In this document: positions 8,857 through 18,906 of the stretch, one piece after another
Layout: each line of letters starts with the position of its first letter
How positions within the stretch are numbered: position 1 is the first letter of the stretch
Assembly (NCBI GenBank): GCA_017635595.1
Contig: JAGBLF010000026.1
Location: 3,008 to 67,007 of the forward strand
Source: Alphaproteobacteria bacterium
Lineage (GTDB): Bacteria > Pseudomonadota > Alphaproteobacteria > RF32 > CAG-239
Reading direction: 5' to 3'
Length of the DNA: 64,000 nucleotides
The notes under the pieces: generated by a model
Seen by the model: the letters and a program-made list of their open reading frames with translations, nothing else
Told to the model about the DNA's origin: nothing
The model's database searches: none
Position numbers and translations under genes: made by a program

Positions 8857-8884
8857 AGTATATCATAGACAATATTTTTGTCAA
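8857..8884 (-). promoter_or_regulatory. Sigma-70-like promoter for 7965-8786
   Basis: On the minus strand, TTGACA (8879-8884), a 16-nt spacer, then TATACT (8857-8862). Confidence 0.45.
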
Positions 8885-8909
8885 GTTACAAAAAGCACAG
8901 GGTATAAAA

Positions 8910-8937
8910 AAATCCGCCGAATTTCTTCGACGGATTT
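8910..8937 (-). terminator. Terminator after secF
   Basis: aaatccgccgaa (8910-8921) / ttcgacggattt (8926-8937) with one mismatch. A T-run follows on the minus strand. Confidence 0.6.
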
Positions 8938-8956
8938 CTTTTAAAAGTCTATATTA

Positions 8957-9895
8957 CTAGCCGACATTGCCGAACGGATTTACGTCTTCTTCTTTCGGTT
9001 GTTTGTGCAAATCAAAGAAATTCAGCACCGGAACCGAAACAAATATGGAAGAATATGTACCGATAACAACACCTGCCGTAATAACAAACGCAAAACTGCG
9101 CAGTGCTTCACCGCCGAATACCAACAATGCAACCGAAGCAAGCAACGTCGTAATGCTGGTTAAAATCGTACGTGAGAAAATATCGTTAATACTCTTGTTG
9201 AGCATATCATACTGCGGCATTTTTTTGTATTTTTGCAAATTTTCTCTGATACGGTCATATGTAACCACCGTATCATTAACCGAATAACCGGCCAAAGTCA
9301 GAATAGCGGCGATTGTCGTTAAGCTGAAATCAAAATGCATTATTGATAACAAGCCGACCGTAATCAATATATCATGGAACAAGCCGATAAGTGCGCCCAG
9401 AGCAAAACGCCATTCAAAACGAAACCAGATATACAAGCTGATGGCTATGCAGGCAAACACCGAAGCCAAAACGCCGGATGTTTTTAATTCATCACCGACC
9501 TGAGGACCGACGGATTCTATACGTTCAAACGTAAATCTATCGCCTAAAATTTCCTTAATTTGATTAACGGCAATACGTTGACTTTCTTCATCAGCATTAT
9601 TTGCTTGTGCGCGAATCATCAACTGTTCGTTATTCTGGCCGATAGATTGCAGATTCAATTCATCAAGTTTTAATACCGATAAATCTTTACGAACCTGATC
9701 TACATTGACCGGACCTTTTTTACTCTGAACCTCAATTAATACACCGCCGGAGAAATCAATACCCCAGTTGAAGCCTTTGACAACCATACTGGCAATAGAA
9801 GCGGCGATCAGCACTGCCGATATAGCATATGCTATACGGCGGTATTTTAAGAAATCGATTGTGGTATCTTTAATAATCCAACTAAACATTTTCAT
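8957..9895 (-). CDS. secF: Protein translocase subunit SecF
   Basis: 312 aa with six TM helices and the SecD/SecF family C-terminal block. Immediately downstream of secD. Confidence 0.9.
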   Translation of the reverse strand: MKMFSWIIKDTTIDFLKYRRIAYAISAVLIAASIASMVVKGFNWGIDFSGGVLIEVQSKKGPVNVDQVRKDLSVLKLDELNLQSIGQNNEQLMIRAQANNADEESQRIAVNQIKEILGDRFTFERIESVGPQVGDELKTSGVLASVFACIAISLYIWFRFEWRFALGALIGLFHDILITVGLLSIMHFDFSLTTIAAILTLAGYSVNDTVVTYDRIRENLQKYKKMPQYDMLNKSINDIFSRTILTSITTLLASVALLVFGGEALRSFAFVITAGVVIGTYSSIFVSVPVLNFFDLHKQPKEEDVNPFGNVG

Positions 9896-9912
9896 CTTTT
9901 TATTCCTTTTTA

Positions 9913-11463
9913 TTATAATGGTAATTTAGTCGGCTTAAATTTCGCCAACCACGCTTCGACCATCAAACGGCTGACGGTTACCGAAGTAAACATTGAGGTT
10001 AAAATGCCGATTGTTAATGTGACGGCAAAGCCGCGAACCGGACCGCTGCCGAAATAAAACAAAATTGCACCGGCCACCAATGTTGTTAAGTTCGAATCGA
10101 CAATTGTCCGATATGCTTCGGTAAAGCCGACCGATATCGAATCACGAATCGAACGACCGCGGTTAACTTCTTCCCTGATGCGCTCGAAAATCAAAATATT
10201 GGCATCCACCGCCATACCGATTGTCAAGATGATACCGGCAATACCCGGCAAGGTTAAGGTTGTCCCCATAAAGCTCATGGCACCGAGCATAATGGCTAAA
10301 TTCAAGAACAATGTGATATCAACCATCAATCCGAACAAGTTGTATGCCAAAAGCATAAAGATGATAACAGCAGCAAAACCGACTATCGAAGCGACAACGC
10401 CGTCATGAATGGAATCGGCACCCAAGCCGGCACCAACCGTACGTTCTTCCATAACCTCAAGCGGTGCCGGTAAAGCACCTGAACGCAGCAATAAAGCCAA
10501 ATCATTAGCCGATTTTGTGGTAAAGTTGCCGGTAATAACACCGCTGCCGCCGGTAATGGCCGTTTGAATATTCGGCGCGGAAATAACTTCGTTATCCAAA
10601 ACGATAGCTAAACGTTCACCGATATGGTTGCTTGTGACTTCGGCAAATTTACGGCCACCGATTGTATTAAAGCGGAAGCTGACAACCGGTTGTCCTTCTT
10701 GGAACGAAACACGGGCATCGGTTAAATTTTCACCGCCGACGACCGGTTTACGGATAACCACGTACTGTTCGCCTTCCGAACCGTTCATAATACGAGAAGT
10801 TTTGCTGATTTTACCTCTTTTGGCCTGAACAACCGAAGTTGTTTCATCTACCAAATGGAAGGCCATTTTAGCGGTTTTACCGAGCAAAATTTTAACACTT
10901 TCCGGATTTTGAACACCCGGTAATTGAACCAAAATACGATCCGAACCCTGTCCTTGAATAATCGGTTCTTTGGTACCCAGTTCATCAATACGGCGACGAA
11001 CGATGCTGACAGATTGGTCAATTACGCGAAGTTTCAGCTGAGCCACAGCCTGTTCATTATACGTCAGGGTAACAACACCTTCGCCGTTTTCATCCTCGGT
11101 AACAACCACGCCGTCATCAAGTTTACGAAAAGCTTCTTTAGCTTTATCGCGCGCTGCATAATCGGCTATAACAACCGTGACACCGTCTTTGGATGAGTTC
11201 AAGTCCTTATAGCGTACCTTATGTTCACGCAATGACTGACGAACAGAATCTTCCAAAGTAGACATTTTATCTTTTAAGACGTCTTCCATTTTAACCTGCA
11301 AAAGCAAGCTTGAGCCGCCCTGCAAATCCAAACCGAGATTTACCGGTTGCCACCATTTTGGCAGGCTCGTTTTATCAGGTACAACGTTCGGAATGGCATA
11401 AAAAATACCGACCAAACAAATACCTATAATTATCAAAATTCGTTGAAGTGATAATTTATACAT
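9913..11463 (-). CDS. secD: Protein translocase subunit SecD
   Basis: 516 aa with a large periplasmic domain and a C-terminal 5-TM block (GIAGIILTIGMAVDANILIFERIREE). Confidence 0.95.
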   Translation of the reverse strand: MYKLSLQRILIIIGICLVGIFYAIPNVVPDKTSLPKWWQPVNLGLDLQGGSSLLLQVKMEDVLKDKMSTLEDSVRQSLREHKVRYKDLNSSKDGVTVVIADYAARDKAKEAFRKLDDGVVVTEDENGEGVVTLTYNEQAVAQLKLRVIDQSVSIVRRRIDELGTKEPIIQGQGSDRILVQLPGVQNPESVKILLGKTAKMAFHLVDETTSVVQAKRGKISKTSRIMNGSEGEQYVVIRKPVVGGENLTDARVSFQEGQPVVSFRFNTIGGRKFAEVTSNHIGERLAIVLDNEVISAPNIQTAITGGSGVITGNFTTKSANDLALLLRSGALPAPLEVMEERTVGAGLGADSIHDGVVASIVGFAAVIIFMLLAYNLFGLMVDITLFLNLAIMLGAMSFMGTTLTLPGIAGIILTIGMAVDANILIFERIREEVNRGRSIRDSISVGFTEAYRTIVDSNLTTLVAGAILFYFGSGPVRGFAVTLTIGILTSMFTSVTVSRLMVEAWLAKFKPTKLPL

Positions 11464-11474
11464 TCTCGTTTCCT

Positions 11475-11837
11475 TTATTTTTTCTTGTTATTTTTATCGG
11501 TTGCACTTTTTTTTGTTTCTTTTTTATCTTTAGAAACAACACCGCTGACCGACATACGATCAACAACGATCTCTACCGTAGGAGCAATTTCCAAGGATAT
11601 TTCTGTTTCATCAACCTTAGAAACCGTACCGTAAATACCGCCATTGGTTAAAACTCTGTCACCTTTTTTCAAAGCGTTGACCATATCTGCATGTTCTTTG
11701 ATTTTTTTCTGTTGCGGTCTGATTAAAAAGAAATAAAAAATCAACAAAATCAGAGCCAGCTGTACCAATGTACCGCCGAGCGAACCGACATTCGGCGCGG
11801 TTGCGGCAGTTGCGGCAAAAGCATCATTTATAAACAT
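11475..11837 (-). CDS. yajC: Preprotein translocase subunit YajC
   Basis: YajC core LILLIFYFFLIRPQQKK...KGDRVLTNGGIYGTV. ATG at 11837 is preceded by GGAG; the ORF is open to 11858. Confidence 0.85.
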   Translation of the reverse strand: MFINDAFAATAATAPNVGSLGGTLVQLALILLIFYFFLIRPQQKKIKEHADMVNALKKGDRVLTNGGIYGTVSKVDETEISLEIAPTVEIVVDRMSVSGVVSKDKKETKKSATDKNNKKK

Positions 11838-11945
11838 ATTTTTCTCCTTTTCACACAATATGTAGGTATTTGTATATCATAATTGCAAGAGAAAAAACTA
11901 AAATTTCAAGTTATTAACGGATTTTTTATAAAACGAAGAGCCTGT

Positions 11946-12848
11946 TTACGGCAAATATGCACGCGGATTAACGGCTTTTTTGCCGGTACGCACTTCAAAG
12001 TGCAGTTGCGGCGACGTTACACTGCCGGTACTGCCGACCGTAGCGATTTTTTCGCCGCGTTTAACCTTTTGCCCTTTTTTAACAAACATTTTGTCGTTAT
12101 GAGCATAAGCCGTTATCCAACCGTCGGCGTGTTTAATCAATATAAGATTGCCGAAACCTTTTAACTCATTACCGGCATAAGCCACCGTACCGGCATCACC
12201 GGCCAAAACGGCCGTTCCAAGAGCTGCTTTGATATTAATACCGTCGTTTTTGCGGCCGCTACCTAAATTACCGTAACCGGAAATAACCGTTCCCTTTACC
12301 GGCCATAAGAATTTACCCGAGCGATATTTAACCGGTGCATTCGTCGGCACAGAGGCATTAGATGTATAATTTTGTTTGGTTGAAGAGGTTGTTTGCGCTG
12401 TTTTGCTTGTCGCATTTTTAGCGGCGGACGATGAATATGCCGTTGTCGCCGGTGTTGATGAAACCGAAGCAGGCAATAAAAGTTTTTGCCCGACAGACAA
12501 CGAATACGGCGTTTGTAACTTATTGACTTTACTCAATGTTGTAATATCGACATTATAAGTACGGGCAATCGAATACAAACTTTCGCCGCGTTTTACAACG
12601 TGATACTGCTTAATCGGTAAACGCAATTTTTGTCCCACATACAGCGTGTACGGTGCGGATAATCGATTGGCATTAATCAAGTCTTTAATCGGCACGCCGT
12701 AGCTGCGAGATATACTATACAGCGTATCTCCTTTGCGAACGGTTACCGTATTCGAGCCCCATCTGCCCCACCAATTAAGGTTGGCACAACCGCTCAAACA
12801 CAGTACCATCAGCAATATAGCCAAAAAATTTTTCACGCACTTCTCCAT
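11946..12848 (-). CDS. nlpD: LysM-domain M23 peptidase lipoprotein (NlpD-like)
   Basis: Lipobox LSGC, two LysM repeats (VRKGDTLYSISRSYGV..., VVKRGESLYSIARTYNV...) and an M23 domain (GFGNLILIKHADGWITAYAHND). Confidence 0.8.
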   Translation of the reverse strand: MEKCVKNFLAILLMVLCLSGCANLNWWGRWGSNTVTVRKGDTLYSISRSYGVPIKDLINANRLSAPYTLYVGQKLRLPIKQYHVVKRGESLYSIARTYNVDITTLSKVNKLQTPYSLSVGQKLLLPASVSSTPATTAYSSSAAKNATSKTAQTTSSTKQNYTSNASVPTNAPVKYRSGKFLWPVKGTVISGYGNLGSGRKNDGINIKAALGTAVLAGDAGTVAYAGNELKGFGNLILIKHADGWITAYAHNDKMFVKKGQKVKRGEKIATVGSTGSVTSPQLHFEVRTGKKAVNPRAYLP

Positions 12849-12940
12849 TTTGAGTCAGCTTACGCCGAAAATATTTATTTTTGATTAACTCCGTGATTTT
12901 GCGCTTTACTTTTCAGCGCAACGATTATATATTGGTTTCG

Positions 12941-13142
12941 TGGGCAGAACGCTGTCCATAGGGCCTAGAAAACCCGTAAAAATAGACATAGTCGTCTGGC
13001 ATAAGCGACTTTAAGCATTATCTATGCCGATATCTGTCACGGACGGATGTCGGCGAATAAGGCTTAGCCAAATCAGTCGAGCCGTCATGTCTATACGGTT
13101 TTCTAGCATCCGCCCGCTTTCTTTCGATTGCGGGATTTTTTT
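12941..13142 (+). ncRNA. Candidate structured RNA or leader with intrinsic terminator (family not identified)
   Basis: Possible promoter TTTACT-17-TATATT (about 12907-12935). 5' hairpin gggcag/ctgtcc (12942-12957). Long-range helix ctagaaaacccgt...atagacat (12965-12989) pairing with atgtctat-acggttttctag (13087-13106) and enclosing branched hairpins. Terminator cccgc (13113-13117) / gcggg (13130-13134) followed by 7 T. A CDS with a strong RBS starts 26 nt later. Confidence 0.35.
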
Positions 13143-13167
13143 AACTTGCAACAAAGGAGAAAAAACG

Positions 13168-13422
13168 ATGTCCGGCAACCGCAGAAATTTAGACGGCACC
13201 ATATCTGTCAGAAGAACAATTGAATTCTACGAAACCATGTCGGAGCTTGAATATGAAATCAAGATGGTTTTAGACACTCTTTCGGATGCAGATAAAGAAA
13301 AGCTGAAAAAATATCTTACCCGCTTAACCAAAGGTAAAGTTCAATTTACCAAAAAAAGAAAATACAGCATCAAAGGTCTTCGAGCCGTCGACGCCAAATG
13401 TCGGGAAATTTATGACTTATAG
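13168..13422 (+). CDS. Small basic hypothetical protein
   Basis: ATG at 13168 is preceded by AAAGGAGA. The longer track ORF (from 13024) would translate through the structured RNA region. 84 aa, helical, Lys-rich. Confidence 0.5.
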   Translation: MSGNRRNLDGTISVRRTIEFYETMSELEYEIKMVLDTLSDADKEKLKKYLTRLTKGKVQFTKKRKYSIKGLRAVDAKCREIYDL

Positions 13423-13486
13423 CTTTTATCTTGATTTTTTGAATTATATTGTTATGATACACGCGAATTTAAAATAAGAGTGCATC

Positions 13487-14932
13487 ATGGCAGAAAAAGC
13501 GGAAATATTAAAAAACTTGGATGAAAAATACAAATACGGCTTTGTTACGGATATTGAAGCCGATACCGTTCCGTGCGGTTTAAATGAAGATATCATCCGC
13601 CTGATTTCCGCCAAAAAAAATGAGCCTCAGTGGCTGCTGGAATGGCGCTTAAAAGCATATCACCATTGGCTGACGATGAAAGAACCTTCGTGGGCAAAAC
13701 TTTCTTATGACAAAGTTGATTTTCAGGCCTTGAGTTACTATGCCGCACCGGTACAAAAAAAACAGCCGAAAAGCTTGGATGACGTCGATAAAGATTTACT
13801 CGACACCTACAACAAACTCGGTATTCCGCTGAAAGAACAAGAGGCTTTAGCCGGTGTTGTCGCCGTAGATGCCGTGTTTGACAGCGTATCGGTTGCCACC
13901 ACTTACCGCGCACAGCTCGCCGAAAAAGGTATTATTTTCTGCTCGATTTCCGAGGCCGTCAAAGATCATCCGGATTTGGTGCAAAAATACTTGGGTTCGG
14001 TTGTACCGTACACCGATAATTTCTATGCCTGTTTGAACTCTGCCGTGTTTACCGACGGTTCGTTTGTGTACATTCCGAAAGGTGTCAAATCTCCTATCGA
14101 ACTATCGACTTATTTCCGTATCAATGCCAAAAATACCGGTCAATTTGAGCGCACGTTGATTGTCGCCGAAGATGACAGCTATGTTTCGTATTTAGAGGGT
14201 TGTACCGCACCGCAACGCGATGAAAATCAGCTACACGCCGCGATTGTTGAAATTGTGGTGATGAACAATGCCGAAGTTAAATACTCGACCGTCCAAAACT
14301 GGTATCCGGGCGATAAAGACGGTAAAGGCGGCGTTTATAACTTTGTAACCAAACGTGCCGCTTGTCGCGGGGTTAATTCTAAAATTTCGTGGACACAGGT
14401 GGAAACCGGTTCTGCCGTCACCTGGAAATATCCGTCGTGTATTTTGCAGGGCGATAACTCGGTCGGCGAATTTTATTCGGTTGCCATTACGCATAACAAA
14501 CAACAGGCCGATACCGGTACCAAAATGATTCACATCGGCAAAAACACCCGTTCGAAAATTATATCCAAAGGTATTTCCGCCGGATTTTCAAATCAAACTT
14601 ACCGCGGCTTGGTAGATGTCGGCGCAAACGCGGACAATGCCCGCAACTACTCGCAATGTGACAGTCTGTTAATCGGCTCGACCTGCGGCTCGCACACCGT
14701 ACCGTATGTTCGTAACCGCAACAAATCTGCCGTTTTGGAGCATGAAGCGACAACCTCTAAAATCAGCGACGAGCAATTATTCTATTGTCAACAGCGCGGT
14801 TTAACCGAAGAAGAATCCATCGGCTTAATCGTCAACGGTTTTTGTAAGGAAGTTATGCAGAATTTGCCGATGGAATTTGCCATCGAGGCCGCAAAACTTA
14901 TTAACATCAGCTTGGAAGGGAGTGTCGGATAA
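13487..14932 (+). CDS. sufB: Fe-S cluster assembly protein SufB
   Basis: 481 aa with conserved SufB blocks ([39 protein letters not shown]). Confidence 0.95.
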   Translation: MAEKAEILKNLDEKYKYGFVTDIEADTVPCGLNEDIIRLISAKKNEPQWLLEWRLKAYHHWLTMKEPSWAKLSYDKVDFQALSYYAAPVQKKQPKSLDDVDKDLLDTYNKLGIPLKEQEALAGVVAVDAVFDSVSVATTYRAQLAEKGIIFCSISEAVKDHPDLVQKYLGSVVPYTDNFYACLNSAVFTDGSFVYIPKGVKSPIELSTYFRINAKNTGQFERTLIVAEDDSYVSYLEGCTAPQRDENQLHAAIVEIVVMNNAEVKYSTVQNWYPGDKDGKGGVYNFVTKRAACRGVNSKISWTQVETGSAVTWKYPSCILQGDNSVGEFYSVAITHNKQQADTGTKMIHIGKNTRSKIISKGISAGFSNQTYRGLVDVGANADNARNYSQCDSLLIGSTCGSHTVPYVRNRNKSAVLEHEATTSKISDEQLFYCQQRGLTEEESIGLIVNGFCKEVMQNLPMEFAIEAAKLINISLEGSVG

Positions 14933-15234
14933 TGGACAACAACGATAAAATAAATGAAAATGAATTATACCACCGCACCATCCGCGTTTGGGGCAAAGAG
15001 CCGCAAATGCTGCAGGTTATTGAAGAAATGTCCGAGTTGACCAAAGAAATTTTAAAAAATGTCAATCGCAAAAAAGACAATATTAAAGAACTTATCGAAG
15101 AAGCTGCCGACGTCGAAATTATGCTCGGTCAGCTCAAAGTCTGCTACGACATTGAAAAACAGGTTGCCGACTATAAAGCCGCCAAATTAAAAACAATTCA
15201 ACAAAGATTAGATGATTGGGAAGCGAAAAAATAA
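14932..15234 (+). CDS. MazG-like all-alpha NTP pyrophosphohydrolase family protein
   Basis: 100 aa with the EExxE ... EExxD signature (IEEMSELTKEI ... LIEEAADVEIML). Its start overlaps the sufB stop (TAATG) and its stop overlaps the sufC start (TAATG). Confidence 0.7.
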   Translation: MDNNDKINENELYHRTIRVWGKEPQMLQVIEEMSELTKEILKNVNRKKDNIKELIEEAADVEIMLGQLKVCYDIEKQVADYKAAKLKTIQQRLDDWEAKK

Positions 15235-15992
15235 TGTCCGAACCGATTTTAGAAATTAAAAATTTATCCGCAACCGTTGCCGATAAAGAAATTATCAAAA
15301 ACCTTAACCTGACGATTAATCCGGGGGAAGTGCATGCTCTTATGGGGCCGAACGGTGCCGGAAAGTCGACTCTTTCCTATATTTTAACCGGCAAACCGGG
15401 GTATGAAGTTACCGGCGGCGAAGTTATGTTTTGCGGCAAAAATTTATTGGCAATGAAACCTGATGAACGCGCTTGTGCCGGCTTATTTTTAAGCATGCAG
15501 TATCCGGTGGCCATTCCGGGTGTGGCTACCAACAATTTTTTAAAGCATGCCCTTAATGCCAAACGCAAATACGAAGGTCTGCCGGAACTTGATGCCGCCG
15601 AATTTTTGAAAATCTTGCGCACCGAAGCTAAAAACTTAAATATCGGTGCCGATATGCTTAAACGTGAAATTAATGTCGGCTTTTCCGGCGGTGAAAAAAA
15701 GCGTATGGAAATTTTACAAATGAGTTTGTTAAAGCCGAGTTTGGCTATTTTGGATGAGGCCGATTCCGGCTTGGATATCGATGCCTTAAAACTCGTTGCC
15801 GATGGCGTTAATAAGCTGCATAATGAAAATAATGCATTGCTGATTATTACCCATCACTTGGATTTACTCAACCATATTCAGCCGGATATCGTCCATATTT
15901 ATGCCGACGGTCACATTGTCAAATCAGGCGATAAGAGTTTGGCGATTGAGTTGGAAAAATCAGGTTACAAAACTTTCGTGGATGCCGAATAA
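15234..15992 (+). CDS. sufC: Fe-S cluster assembly ATPase SufC
   Basis: Walker A GPNGAGKST, ABC signature FSGGEKKR, Walker B ILDEADSGLD. Start MSEPILEIKN at 15234 is preferred over 15216. Confidence 0.95.
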   Translation: MSEPILEIKNLSATVADKEIIKNLNLTINPGEVHALMGPNGAGKSTLSYILTGKPGYEVTGGEVMFCGKNLLAMKPDERACAGLFLSMQYPVAIPGVATNNFLKHALNAKRKYEGLPELDAAEFLKILRTEAKNLNIGADMLKREINVGFSGGEKKRMEILQMSLLKPSLAILDEADSGLDIDALKLVADGVNKLHNENNALLIITHHLDLLNHIQPDIVHIYADGHIVKSGDKSLAIELEKSGYKTFVDAE

Positions 15993-17230
15993 TGAGTTTA
16001 GCTGAGCAAAACATAACCTTATGGGGCGATGATATTCCATGGTTGGCCGGCTTACGCGAAAAAGGCTTGATTGCCTTCAACAAATCCGGACTGCCGACCG
16101 CCAAAACCGAAGCATGGAAATATTCCTTCAAAGCTGTCGGGCAAACCGAAAATCTGCAAATTGATGCATCGGCGCACGAATGTGACGGCCATTGTCATCA
16201 CCAATGCGATTTGCCTTTTGAAGCATACCAAATTCATTTTTGCGACGGTAAATTGCATGGCGAACATTTCGATTTGCCGCAGGGTGTCAGTTTAAAACCA
16301 TTGGTTGAGGCTATTTACGACGGCGATGTCAAACCTTACTTAAACAAATCTTTTGATACGGAAAACTTTCCGTTTGCCGCTTTAAACACCGCTTATCTGG
16401 AACAGGGATTTATGCTTATTATTGAGCGCGGAATCGTTGTTGATAAACCGATATTCATTCGTTATCATACCGAACATAATACCGATACGTTCAATAATAT
16501 CCGCAACATCATTGTTGTCGAGAGCCGTGCTAAGGCAGAAATAATCGAATTTTTTGACGGCGACAGCACTGGCAATTTCAACAATGTTGTCAATGAGATT
16601 TTTTTGGCCGCCGACAGTTCGCTGAGACATTATAAATTGCAAAGCGAATCGGCTTTGACACGGCATATTTCATTCAACAGCGTTCAGCAAAAAAGTAATA
16701 GTTCTTATAAATGTTTTGTTGCGCAAAAAGAATGTATTTTGGCGCGCCACGAAAGTTATATCAAATTATTGCAGGAAGGTGCTTTTGCCGAAGTTAACGG
16801 TATTTATAAACTAAACGAAAACGGCGTTTCGGATATCACAACAAACATTCGTCACTTAGCACCGCATACGACATCAAATCAGTTGGTTAAAGGCGTTGTC
16901 GACGGTCACGCTAAGGGTGTTTTTCAGGGGCAGATTCATATTGCGCCCGAGGCTCAGCAGACCGAAGGTTATCAGTTGCACCGTGCCTTGTTGCTCAGTG
17001 ATAGCGGCGAAGTCGATTGCAAACCGGAATTGGAAATTTTTGCCGATGATGTTAAATGCTCGCACGGTGCCACTTGCGGTGACTTGGATAAAGAACAGTT
17101 ATTTTATATGCAATCGCGCGGCATAAACTCAGAAGATGCCCGCCGTATTTTGATTGAAGCTTATCTGCAAGAAGTTTTAAATAAAATTGATAATATTGAA
17201 GTTGCCGAATGGATTAAAGCGCAATTTTAA
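15992..17230 (+). CDS. sufD: Fe-S cluster assembly protein SufD
   Basis: 412 aa with a SufB/SufD family C-terminal beta-helix (PELEIFADDVKCSHGATCGDLD). Start overlaps the sufC stop. Confidence 0.85.
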   Translation: MSLAEQNITLWGDDIPWLAGLREKGLIAFNKSGLPTAKTEAWKYSFKAVGQTENLQIDASAHECDGHCHHQCDLPFEAYQIHFCDGKLHGEHFDLPQGVSLKPLVEAIYDGDVKPYLNKSFDTENFPFAALNTAYLEQGFMLIIERGIVVDKPIFIRYHTEHNTDTFNNIRNIIVVESRAKAEIIEFFDGDSTGNFNNVVNEIFLAADSSLRHYKLQSESALTRHISFNSVQQKSNSSYKCFVAQKECILARHESYIKLLQEGAFAEVNGIYKLNENGVSDITTNIRHLAPHTTSNQLVKGVVDGHAKGVFQGQIHIAPEAQQTEGYQLHRALLLSDSGEVDCKPELEIFADDVKCSHGATCGDLDKEQLFYMQSRGINSEDARRILIEAYLQEVLNKIDNIEVAEWIKAQF

Positions 17231-17241
17231 TTTTGCTAATA

Positions 17242-17715
17242 TTACTTTTGTTCGGTTACCCTCTCCAATGCTCTGAATAAGGCCGGGCGCATAAATTTTC
17301 CCTGCCAGATACCGCGTTTATCCGCCTCGGCCTCATCTTGCAATTCATCATATTTTGCATCGCGATAACTCATTGCCCAGCCGGATTGAACCAACGTTTT
17401 GTTTAAGGATGTATCATCAACAAAACATTCGCATAATTCGCGGCCGTAGCGATCTTTTTCAGGCAAGCAACGGCAATCGACCGGCTTGTCTTTTATCAGT
17501 TCTTCAGCAAAATTCAAGGCCTCTTTTCCGCAAGCATATTCATCACCCGATGGGGTAAAACAAGTTTGTACAAGTTCCGGTGCATCAATGCCGTCAAGAC
17601 GAATCCGACGGTCGCCGATTTCCAAAGAATCCCCGTCAACAACCTTGACCTGTGCCAAAGCAGAATTTGCCGCAACGCACAATAAAACCGCTAAAAAAAG
17701 ATATTTCATTAACAA
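17242..17715 (-). CDS. Secreted thermonuclease (SNase-like) family protein
   Basis: Signal peptide followed by VVDGDSLEIGDRRIRLDGIDAPE ... RYGRELC ... GWAM, the staphylococcal-nuclease-like pattern. Confidence 0.8.
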   Translation of the reverse strand: MLMKYLFLAVLLCVAANSALAQVKVVDGDSLEIGDRRIRLDGIDAPELVQTCFTPSGDEYACGKEALNFAEELIKDKPVDCRCLPEKDRYGRELCECFVDDTSLNKTLVQSGWAMSYRDAKYDELQDEAEADKRGIWQGKFMRPALFRALERVTEQK

Positions 17716-17842
17716 ATTTTCTCCTTCAACGTATTGTAATCTGCATTTTTTTTGCGTGCAACATTAATTTATTTACTTTTCATTCATATAATCTTGTTAT
17801 GTTATGCTAAAGATATCTGTAAACTAGTTTAAGGGTAAAACC

Positions 17843-18829
17843 ATGTTGAAAAAATCAGGAATCCTTTCCGTTATGTGCTTATCGCTGGTAAGCTGCGGCA
17901 CTATGTGGGGAGAACCGGCTTATAATTCAGAGATGATTATGCAAGCGCAATCTCGCCAGCCGGAAATTAAAATGCCGTCATCAATTGTTTTCTGCCGGGC
18001 CAAACAATGTGCGCCGACACAGCTTTCTATGTCCAAAGAGTTTATTTACAACACTCTTTTACACATGTTTGACAGCAATGCGCGTGAAAAAGCCCTCATC
18101 TGCACCGGCAACCCGAACACACATGCCTGCACGGAAGACTTTATTTCACTACCGGTTACGGTTGGCGTAACACCGGCTTATATGTATATTGATGACGTTA
18201 AAATTTCCGACGTATCGGTTAACCAGCAAAATACGATGGCTTTGAACCTGATGCTTAATTGGAATGTTACTTATAACGGCCAAACACCGACTTGCCGTCC
18301 GAGCAAAACGCTTTTGTATGCCAAAAACGTCAACAACATCATTATGGAAGACGACGGATATACCTGCAAAATGACAACCATCGGCACAACCACCATTAAA
18401 ACAATGTTTGCCATAGACTATATTGATATGGACTACGGCTACATCGGTGGTTTCTATTCCATCGGTTTGTCCGGTCCGGCATACGGCGGCGGCTCGGGTT
18501 ATATGATTTTACGTTTACCTAAAGATATTTCTATCGACTCGAAAGATTATTCCGTTGCACCTCAGACAAATACAATGAGCTACAAACAGGCGGCTCAAGC
18601 TTTTGATAGGGATTTGCCGACACCGAAAGCCGTTCCGCAAACCGACGGGCCTATCCCTAACGTCGATACGATTATCCGCTATAATCATCCGGCACAATCG
18701 TATGACACGGCTAAAAAAGCCGAGGCAGAGAAAAAGAAGATGGAGGCTCAAGCCGTTGACTTCGGCGGGGCTAAAGTTTTCCCGCTTCCGGCAAAATCGC
18801 AAAACGATAACAAATCGGACAAAAAATAA
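17843..18829 (+). CDS. Hypothetical lipoprotein
   Basis: Lipobox SLVSC at residues 14-18. Codon usage matches the backbone. No family recognised. Confidence 0.65.
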   Translation: MLKKSGILSVMCLSLVSCGTMWGEPAYNSEMIMQAQSRQPEIKMPSSIVFCRAKQCAPTQLSMSKEFIYNTLLHMFDSNAREKALICTGNPNTHACTEDFISLPVTVGVTPAYMYIDDVKISDVSVNQQNTMALNLMLNWNVTYNGQTPTCRPSKTLLYAKNVNNIIMEDDGYTCKMTTIGTTTIKTMFAIDYIDMDYGYIGGFYSIGLSGPAYGGGSGYMILRLPKDISIDSKDYSVAPQTNTMSYKQAAQAFDRDLPTPKAVPQTDGPIPNVDTIIRYNHPAQSYDTAKKAEAEKKKMEAQAVDFGGAKVFPLPAKSQNDNKSDKK

Positions 18830-18874
18830 TTTTTTGAGCTTTGTAACATCTTTTATAAACGTTCAACGCATTGA

Positions 18875-18906
18875 AAATCGCTGTATTTGTGTACGGCGAT
18901 TTTTTT
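18875..18906 (+). terminator. Terminator after the 17843-18829 lipoprotein gene
   Basis: aaatcgc (18875-18881) / gcgattt (18896-18902) followed by a T-run. Confidence 0.55.

Noticed and set aside
12941-13142. Assigning the structured RNA candidate to tmRNA, 6S, SRP RNA, RNase P or a known riboswitch
   Set aside because: There is no tRNA-like T-arm (GGTTCGA-type) or tag ORF ending in LAA. The 5' and 3' ends do not pair as in 6S. There is no SRP domain IV motif or GAGGAAAGTCC-type RNase P motif, and no B12 box or TPP, FMN or glycine cores were seen. It is left unclassified.
13024-13167. N-terminal extension of ORF 13024-13422
   Set aside because: The extension reads through the long helix and the terminator of the RNA candidate. 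A strong RBS precedes the internal ATG at 13168.
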